11,552 nt of DNA from Candidatus Bathyarchaeota archaeon RBG_16_48_13 (GTDB taxonomy: Archaea; Thermoproteota; Bathyarchaeia; RBG-16-48-13). Shown one piece after another: positions 5,668 to 11,552 of the stretch. The stretch covers positions 1 to 11,552 of the forward strand of contig MEZH01000009.1 of assembly GCA_001775995.1 (NCBI GenBank), in the 5' to 3' direction. Each line of letters opens with the position of its first letter. The first letter of the stretch is position 1. Below the pieces are notes generated by a model. It was not told the DNA's origin, searched no databases, and worked only from the letters and a program-made list of their open reading frames with translations. A program made the translations under genes and the position numbers.

Positions 5668-6552
5668 ATGTCATCGGGAAACGCGAGTAACGTGCTTATT
5701 ATCGGACTAGGCGAGATTGGTTATTGTAACGCCGAATACATGACTTCGCGGGGTTTGAAGGTTGATGGCTACGATATTAGTGATGACGCCATCCAGGTTG
5801 CCTTGGATAGTGGCGTAATCCGGAAAGGGACCAAGAACTTTGGAGGCTATGATTACTACGTCATCAGCATTTCCACCCATGCGCAGAGAGATATGTCAAA
5901 GCCATCGTTGGATGGGCTTTTTGAGACAGCCATCAAGCTGTCGCGCGAGGGCAAAATAGGATCGCTGGTGTCGATTGAGAGCACCATAATGAAAGGCGTT
6001 TCTCGCAGAGTCAACGACATCCTAGATCACAGAATGCACGTGGTCCATTTTCCCCACCGGTATTATGCGCGGGAGAAACTGGAACATGGAGTAAAGCAGA
6101 TGCGCGTCCTCGGGGGATGCGAACCTTGCTGCCTGAACAAAGCCATGCATTTCTACGGAATGCTACTAGACATTCCGATGCATCTTGTCAACTCTGCGGA
6201 GGTAGCTGAACTCAGCAAGGTAGTTGAGAACTCTTACAGATTCCTTGACATAGCGTTTGCAGAAGAGCTGAAACTCGTCTGCCACTACCAAGACGTGGAC
6301 TTCGAAGAGCTGAGGAATGCTTGCAACACGAAGTGGAACGTCGAGATCCTAGAGGCAAGAAACGGCATCGGAGGGCACTGCCTTCCAAAGGACAGCCAGA
6401 TGTACATAGACCTGTCCAAGGGAATCCTGCCAAGCATCGTGGAATCCGCGAAACTGGTCGACTCTCAATACAGACAACATTTGATAATCGAACAAAAGAG
6501 GCGCGCAAAACCTACAATAGAGCCGAAAGTCGCCTACGCGCAAAGACAGTGA
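5668..6552 (+). CDS. UDP-glucose/GDP-mannose dehydrogenase family protein, short form lacking the C-terminal UDP-binding domain
   Basis: Rossmann motif IIGLGEIG, IEST, AELSKVVENSYR (catalytic Lys/Asn helix) and GIGGHCLPKD (catalytic Cys238). Only 294 aa, against roughly 390-450 aa for typical family members. Confidence 0.88.
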   Translation: MSSGNASNVLIIGLGEIGYCNAEYMTSRGLKVDGYDISDDAIQVALDSGVIRKGTKNFGGYDYYVISISTHAQRDMSKPSLDGLFETAIKLSREGKIGSLVSIESTIMKGVSRRVNDILDHRMHVVHFPHRYYAREKLEHGVKQMRVLGGCEPCCLNKAMHFYGMLLDIPMHLVNSAEVAELSKVVENSYRFLDIAFAEELKLVCHYQDVDFEELRNACNTKWNVEILEARNGIGGHCLPKDSQMYIDLSKGILPSIVESAKLVDSQYRQHLIIEQKRRAKPTIEPKVAYAQRQ

Positions 6553-6606
6553 ACGCGTTAGGTCATCAGATGTGGTTCTCTCTTTTGTCACTTCTGCCGT
6601 GAAGGT

Positions 6607-7341
6607 ATGCCCATGAAGATGATTCATGCCGCTGCAATTTCCACAACGCTTGTCATAGCCATGGGTATAGGCATGATCTTACCTTTGTTCCTGAACTCAT
6701 CTCAGCAAGCGCAACCCCTTATCATCATGCTCTCCTTCAGCGTGGTCAAGAACAGCGGCAATGTCGAAAGTTGGTGCACCAATCTATCAAATATTCTGAA
6801 AGAACAGAATGCTAAAGCGACCGTCTACTTTACGGGTGCGATAGCTGATCTGCACCACGACTGGGTGACTGCTTTTCAGGACGGCATTGACATCGGGAGC
6901 CAGACTTACAACTATGTTGACCTTACATCAATTTCGGACTACGATATTCAGCTCCTGGAAGTCAAAAAGGGCAAAGAAGCCGTAGATAGGGCTGGTAACC
7001 TAGTCTCGCGAGTCTTCAAAGCGCCCTATGGAAACACGGATGAGAACATTTACTCCCTTCTGAACCGATCGGATATCATTGCAGATTTCTCGTACGAACT
7101 CCAGTACAACAAGCTGTACCTTGGGCAATTCATGAAGTTCGATCTCGTCACCTACAACGGCTCTGATCATCCAACTGACTTCTTTGCCAACCTCCCCAAG
7201 ACCTCCACGCCGATAATGATCACTTTCGACGACTCCATGTCGATCGACCTCATCGATGAAGTCATCTCCAAACTCAAGGCAAACAATGTGCGGTTTGTCA
7301 GCGCTTCTGAGTTGACCGGGCTTGAACTCACATTGAGATGA
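6607..7341 (+). CDS. Membrane-anchored polysaccharide deacetylase (NodB/CE4) homolog, predicted catalytically inactive
   Basis: N-terminal TM segment (aa about 8-29). The NodB scaffold is recognisable (KATVYFTG, DIGSQTYNYVDLT, VFKAPYG, RFVSASEL). Motif 1 reads LSFSV instead of (L)TFDD, and motif 2 reads QTYNY instead of H(S/T)xxH. Confidence 0.8.
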   Translation: MPMKMIHAAAISTTLVIAMGIGMILPLFLNSSQQAQPLIIMLSFSVVKNSGNVESWCTNLSNILKEQNAKATVYFTGAIADLHHDWVTAFQDGIDIGSQTYNYVDLTSISDYDIQLLEVKKGKEAVDRAGNLVSRVFKAPYGNTDENIYSLLNRSDIIADFSYELQYNKLYLGQFMKFDLVTYNGSDHPTDFFANLPKTSTPIMITFDDSMSIDLIDEVISKLKANNVRFVSASELTGLELTLR

Positions 7342-8783
7342 GGCACCTCGAATTGGAAGCGAAACTGCTGGCCATCAAAAAAAACAAAGCGAAGACAACT
7401 TCGTGCCTCAAAAGCGGTCAACGAGTTCAAATGGACGGGAGAATCTGGGTAAGCCGAAAAGCCTGGATCATGAGAACTTCTTTTCTTGGAGCACTCGGTG
7501 CGATTACCGCCAATAATCTGGTGCAGGGAATAATTCTCGGGGACCCTCTCGTGGTCTATTCGACGCTGATGCCGCTGCACGCGCTTATGGTGTTTGCCGT
7601 TGGATGGCTATTCTTCAAGAACCCGGCTAGAGGAAGAATTGGAAATGACCTAGTTTCGGTGATAATACCGATATACAACCAAGTAGCCCTGATCGAGGAG
7701 GTCATAGGTGCGATCTTCCGCTCCACCTACAAGAACTTGGAGGTTGTTGCAGTGAACGATGGAAGCAAAGATGGCACGAAGGAAGTCTTGGATTACCTTA
7801 GGACAATCCATCCCCAACTCAACGTCATACATAAGAAGAACGGGGGAAAGAGGACGGCAGTGGCAACTGGATTCTATGCTTCCAAGGGACGATATTTGAT
7901 CTTGATAGATTCCGACAGCATAATTGAAGAAAATGCCATCGAGGAATTCATGAAGACTTTCAACGCCAACCCAAAAGTCGGTGGCGTCGTGGGAAACGGA
8001 AAAGTGTGGAACGGAAACAAGAACATGCTCACTAAATGCCAAGACGCGTGGTATGACTACGCTTTCAATATTCACAAGACCACTGAGAGCTTTTTTGGGG
8101 CGGTTTTATGCTGCTCTGGCTGTATGGCTGGATACAGGAGGGAGGCCATAGCCGAATACATCCCTTATTGGGCGAGTTCCTCCACGCAGTTCAGCGATGA
8201 CCGTTTCCTTACGTCCTACGCTATTGCCACACCATGGGCGAAAAAGGAATTCACTGCAATATCCGAAAGATTGAAGGAATCGATGTCCAAATACGACGAT
8301 TCCGAGGATCGAGGTCTGACATCGCACACTCTGACAGAATGGGAAACAGCCTATGTGCCAACCGCCATTGTTTATACGGAAGTTCCGGAAACCTTCAGAC
8401 GCTTCCTTAAGCAACAGATAAGGTGGAAGAAAGGATACATAAGGACAAACTTCTTCGTCAGCGCCTTTTTCTGGCGCAAGAACCCCCTTATGTCAACGAT
8501 TTTCTACTTGGAATTCATGAACTCACTTACTGCGCCCCTCATCTTCTTCATTGTCTATTTATATATGCCCTTCATACTCAACAACCCCTGGTTGACATTG
8601 TCCTATTTCTTGGGAAATCTATTGATTGGTGTCACCGCGGCCGCCGATTACAGATTCCGAGACTGCAAAGCGAAATTCTGGATATATAAACCGATAATGG
8701 TGATGATAACCACGAACATCAATTTGTGGCTCCTCTTCCCCGCACTGTGGACCTTCAGAAAAAACCTCTGGTTTACTAGGTAG
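7338..8783 (+). CDS. Processive membrane GT2 glycosyltransferase, hyaluronan synthase/NodC/IcaA-like polysaccharide synthase
   Basis: Two N-terminal TM segments, SVIIPIYN, VNDGSKD, NGGKRTA, IDSD (DxD), CCSGCMAGYR, SEDRGLT, QQIRW (QxxRW) and several C-terminal TM segments. Overlaps the upstream stop by 4 nt (ATGA). The true start could be a later Met. Confidence 0.92.
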   Translation: MRHLELEAKLLAIKKNKAKTTSCLKSGQRVQMDGRIWVSRKAWIMRTSFLGALGAITANNLVQGIILGDPLVVYSTLMPLHALMVFAVGWLFFKNPARGRIGNDLVSVIIPIYNQVALIEEVIGAIFRSTYKNLEVVAVNDGSKDGTKEVLDYLRTIHPQLNVIHKKNGGKRTAVATGFYASKGRYLILIDSDSIIEENAIEEFMKTFNANPKVGGVVGNGKVWNGNKNMLTKCQDAWYDYAFNIHKTTESFFGAVLCCSGCMAGYRREAIAEYIPYWASSSTQFSDDRFLTSYAIATPWAKKEFTAISERLKESMSKYDDSEDRGLTSHTLTEWETAYVPTAIVYTEVPETFRRFLKQQIRWKKGYIRTNFFVSAFFWRKNPLMSTIFYLEFMNSLTAPLIFFIVYLYMPFILNNPWLTLSYFLGNLLIGVTAAADYRFRDCKAKFWIYKPIMVMITTNINLWLLFPALWTFRKNLWFTR

Positions 8784-8804
8784 AATGCACTGCAGAAGGG
8801 CCTT

Positions 8805-8852
8805 GACTTATCTGATCAACGAACTCCTGCAAACGAAGTGATCGACTTATCT
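8805..8852. repeat. 9-bp direct repeat GACTTATCT (8805-8813, 8844-8852) flanking a 30-bp segment with short inverted ends GATCA/TGATC
   Basis: Read directly from the sequence, just downstream of the GT2 stop codon. Confidence 0.4.
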
Positions 8853-8885
8853 AGGCACCGTTAGCCTCGGCCAGCGTGATGGGCT

Positions 8886-9105
8886 TCACCCTCTTTCCAC
8901 GTTTCTAACAAGCCCCTCCAGACTCTTTTCCAAATCCTTATCGATAGCAAGTGACCTATGACCTCTGAGAATTCCCTTCGCATCCTCCTTCGGTCTATCC
9001 TTAATATCCTTTGACCCTCCCTTCACCCATTTTCCGTATGACTGTGTCAAAAAGCCTAGGCATGAAGTGTTCTCTTTGGTGATGCTCCCAGTGTTTTTGG
9101 CCCAA
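8886..9105 (-). pseudogene. 3' remnant of a trimethylamine:corrinoid methyltransferase (MttB/MtgB family) gene, frameshifted
   Basis: Joining two minus-strand frames at about 9045 gives LGQKHWEHHQREHFMPRLFD/QSYGKWVKGGSKDIKDRPKEDAKGILRGHRSLAIDKDLEKSLEGLVRNVERG*. This matches the MttB-family C-terminus as I recall it (FL.xKHT..h.r.E.f.P.l.dR.sy..W...GskD..erA.e.a..iL..H....lD.dvekel..iv...e). The 5' part of the gene is absent. Confidence 0.65.
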
Positions 9106-9215
9106 TTCGAGCAGGAAACTGTTGGCGGAAGAAAGCGGAAAAAGCTTTTTTGCCGATGGCTCCGATAGGGAAACAGAATTCCATAAGAAAGAGGGAGACT
9201 CATGAATGATTGCCA

Positions 9216-9225
9216 AATATATATT
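9216..9225 (+). promoter_or_regulatory. Candidate TATA box (AATATATATT) for the radical SAM gene
   Basis: AT-only palindromic box about 65 nt upstream of ATG 9288. A GGAG SD-like element is present at 9275-9278. Confidence 0.35.
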
Positions 9226-9287
9226 GAGTTGTTCCTGTGTTTATCACCTGAAGGCATCTAATAGTCGGATAGCTGGAGAATCAACCA

Positions 9288-10724
9288 ATGAAGGTCGTTC
9301 TCGTCAACCCCTCGATCACTCATGGGATGCGGAGCGCCATCGACGTCGAGGGCGCCTGGCCACCTCTTGGGCTCCTATACCTAGCTACCATGCTAAAAGA
9401 AGGCGGTGTTCCGGTCGAAATCTTCGACAATGGGCCCCTTGGGTATTCGCCAGAACAACTCCTGAAGCAAATCAGGAGCAAGAAGCCCGATATTGTCGGC
9501 TTTCATACGCTGAGCATGTCTTCCTTAACGGCGAACGAGACCTCAAAGTTGATCAAGAGAGATATGCCCAACATCAAGGTATTGTACGGCGGATACCATG
9601 CCACCGTCTTCCACCAAAAGATATTGAGAGAGAGAGAATACGTTGACGTTGTGATTCGCGGGGAGGGCGAACACACCTTAATCGAAGTTGTCGACTCCAT
9701 TGAAAAGGGAAAGAGCCTTGAGGGGATAAGGGGTGTCTCATTTCGAGATGAGGGAAGGATCCGCGTCAATCCAACTCGTCCTCCAATAGAGGACTTGAAC
9801 TCAATACCCTTCCCCGATCCAGGGTTCCTGGATAGCGAGTACGTCGGTACAGTCAACGGAATGAGGACTGCCGTGCGCAAATTCACATCAATGGTCACGT
9901 CAAGGGGATGTCCCCTCAATTGCAGATTCTGTTGTGAGTCTGTCCACGAGCTGAGGACATGGCGCGTCCGATCGCCCGAAAACGTGGTCGAGGAGCTGTC
10001 CTATCTGAAGAGTCTAGGCTACGGTCAAATGTACCTTCAAGATGACAGCTTCACCCTAGATCGGAAACGGGTTAACGAAATCTGCAGACTCATCAAGCGA
10101 GAGAAGCTCGATATCCTATGGGCTGCGATGGCTAGGGTGAACAACGCAACAGCGGATTTGATGCAGAGGATGCGTGAGGCGGGCTGTCAGTCAGTGTATT
10201 TCGGCATTGAGAATGCCAATCAGAGGATTCTAGATTACTATAGGAAGGGCATAACACAGGAGATGGCGAAGGACGCGGTGAAGAACTGCATAAACGCTAA
10301 GATGGACGCCTTCGGCGGCTTCATCTTGGGTGCCCCAACAGAGACCGAGGATGAGATGTGGAAAACCATAAGGTTCGCCGAGGAGATCGGAATTACTTTC
10401 CCAAGCTTCTATATCCTCCAAGCGTATCCCGGGACCGCTATCTGGAACGAGAACGTCGCCAACGGATACATAAAGGAAGATGAATATTGGGAGACCGGAG
10501 TGGCTCTCCCAGAAGTTGTTCCCGAATGTATTCCAATGGCGCGCATAAAGACTATTTTAGGCAATGGATACAGGCATGTCCTGACCAGGCCGAAATTCAT
10601 ACTTGAACAGGCAAGCAAGTTGTTCATGGATCCAGTGAGGCGCCAGATACTCCTAAAGAACCTGAACATGAGGAAGATAATCAATCTCCTCAACATGCTT
10701 CAGCGGTCAGAACACTACTACTAG
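9288..10724 (+). CDS. Cobalamin (B12)-binding domain radical SAM protein (class B methyltransferase/BchE-like superfamily)
   Basis: N-terminal B12-binding region (WPPLGLLYLA, PDIVGF, GGYHAT, VVIRGEGE), SRGCPLNCRFC (CxxxCxxC, 9909-9932), YLQDDSF, YFGIEN, YYRKG and FILGAPTET. Confidence 0.95.
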   Translation: MKVVLVNPSITHGMRSAIDVEGAWPPLGLLYLATMLKEGGVPVEIFDNGPLGYSPEQLLKQIRSKKPDIVGFHTLSMSSLTANETSKLIKRDMPNIKVLYGGYHATVFHQKILREREYVDVVIRGEGEHTLIEVVDSIEKGKSLEGIRGVSFRDEGRIRVNPTRPPIEDLNSIPFPDPGFLDSEYVGTVNGMRTAVRKFTSMVTSRGCPLNCRFCCESVHELRTWRVRSPENVVEELSYLKSLGYGQMYLQDDSFTLDRKRVNEICRLIKREKLDILWAAMARVNNATADLMQRMREAGCQSVYFGIENANQRILDYYRKGITQEMAKDAVKNCINAKMDAFGGFILGAPTETEDEMWKTIRFAEEIGITFPSFYILQAYPGTAIWNENVANGYIKEDEYWETGVALPEVVPECIPMARIKTILGNGYRHVLTRPKFILEQASKLFMDPVRRQILLKNLNMRKIINLLNMLQRSEHYY

Positions 10725-10865
10725 ATCAATCTAGTCCGCTTCTGAAGCCACTCCATGGACTTAAAAATAACAACTGAGATCTGTGAAAGACCCACCTGGC
10801 CTCATCGAAACCCGGCGGACACCACATAGGTTCAAAGGGCTTGTGTCACTGGGTAGCCCTACTGA

Positions 10866-10899
10866 ATGTGAAGAGTCAGCGCGCGCTAGCTCTTCATAT
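10866..10899. other. 34-bp near-perfect palindrome ATgTGAAGAGtcAGCGCGCGCTagCTCTTCAtAT between convergent genes
   Basis: Read directly: TGAAGAG/CTCTTCA arms around a self-complementary AGCGCGCGCT core. Confidence 0.5.
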
Positions 10900-10980
10900 G
10901 ACTATCTCGGCATCTAAGGAGCGTGTGATTGAATCTGCTTTTACTGAGATTATTATTGTTGTGGTCTCTTGGAATAGAGT

Positions 10981-11552
10981 TTAATGTGATTTGAAAGGTG
11001 CCTTATACCCCTTCGCTGCCAGCCTTTCATGAATCGCGCTCTTGAGGTATCCCAATCCATCTCCTGTCTTTGCGCTTACAGGGAATATGCGGCTCTCGAT
11101 CAGAGAATGATCGTTGCTTCCAATCTGTTGGGTGAACTCTTTTAGGTTGGCGTCTATCTCTTCCTTGTTAGCCTTGTCGGTCTTATTGGCTGCAACTAAT
11201 GGAAACTCGCCTAATGCCTTGGTCAATAAGTGTATGAAATCCACATCGACAGAAATGATGTTCTTCTTCTCTAAACGCCGGGTTACCTCTGAGAATGTCG
11301 ATATGTCTAGGACATGGATGGCCAGGGCTATCCTCGGGGCGTTGGACTCCAAAAAATAGATGGTTCGACGATTACTTTTATCCTGTAAACGTTTGGTAGT
11401 CCTCATTGTTTTGCCGTATCCCGGCATGTCTACAAGAATTAGGCCCTTACTCAATGGATATTCGGAAATCCGGCGTGTGGTTCCCGGTTTTTTGCCTATT
11501 TTCACGTTCAAGCCTATGACTTCTCTGATGATGCTACTCTTACCTGCGTTAG
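10981..11552 (-). CDS. engB: EngB/YihA/YsxC-family ribosome-biogenesis GTP-binding protein, 5' end outside the window
   Basis: The frame is open upstream of the track's TTG 11511 to the window edge: xNAGKSSIIREVIGLNVKIGKKPGTTR (end of G1, then G2). It also has VDMPGYG (G3), ANKTDK (G4) and FPVSAKTG (G5). Confidence 0.9.
   Translation of the reverse strand, partial: NAGKSSIIREVIGLNVKIGKKPGTTRRISEYPLSKGLILVDMPGYGKTMRTTKRLQDKSNRRTIYFLESNAPRIALAIHVLDISTFSEVTRRLEKKNIISVDVDFIHLLTKALGEFPLVAANKTDKANKEEIDANLKEFTQQIGSNDHSLIESRIFPVSAKTGDGLGYLKSAIHERLAAKGYKAPFKSH

Noticed and set aside
5668-6552. Dehydrogenase as a nonsense-truncated pseudogene
   Set aside because: No remnant of the C-terminal domain follows the stop (the next gene starts 54 nt later) and the catalytic Lys, Asn and Cys are intact.
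7338-8783. Assigning hasA, nodC, icaA or bcsA as the gene symbol
   Set aside because: The motifs place it in the processive GT2 group but do not determine donor sugars or linkage.
9139-9150. 12-bp palindrome AAAAAGCTTTTT
   Set aside because: It is low-complexity, similar AAGCTTT strings occur at about 4279 and 4495, and there is no independent support for function.
8886-9257. Track ORFs 8886-9257 and 9001-9216 (-) as real standalone genes
   Set aside because: Each is better explained as one half of the frameshifted MttB-like remnant plus non-coding upstream sequence.
9206-10696. Track ORFs 9206-9646, 9503-9919, 10230-10421 and 10409-10696
   Set aside because: They are alternative-frame or antisense shadows of the radical SAM gene.
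10829-10836. GGTTCAAA resembling a tRNA T-loop
   Set aside because: There is no complementary T-stem, acceptor stem or anticodon arm, so a cloverleaf cannot be built.

Overview
Archaeal-looking window of roughly 50% GC by eye. The gene repertoire is compatible with Bathyarchaeia or a related TACK lineage, but this is an inference. Left: a minus-strand trio of KaiC-like ATPase (1022-1726), ribbon-helix-helix protein (712-948) and a second KaiC-like ATPase (700 to <1, absent from the ORF track because it runs off the window). Divergent from the trio is a 677-aa protein (2009-4042) whose architecture I do not recognise: a bactofilin-like beta-helix, a degenerate FtsK/HerA-type P-loop ATPase, a Pro/Glu/Lys linker and a LuxR-register HTH. 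Middle: a four-gene putative surface-polysaccharide cluster (4651-8783). It holds an intact stalked CE4/NodB-type deacetylase, a minimal nucleotide-sugar dehydrogenase lacking its C-terminal domain, a catalytically degenerate deacetylase homolog and a hyaluronan-synthase/NodC-like GT2 with a duplicated catalytic motif. Right: a frameshifted 3' remnant of an MttB-family methyltransferase, a B12-binding radical SAM enzyme, a 34-bp palindrome and engB (5' end outside the window). I found no tRNA, rRNA, CRISPR array or transposase. All family calls come from reading motifs by eye; no database search was run.
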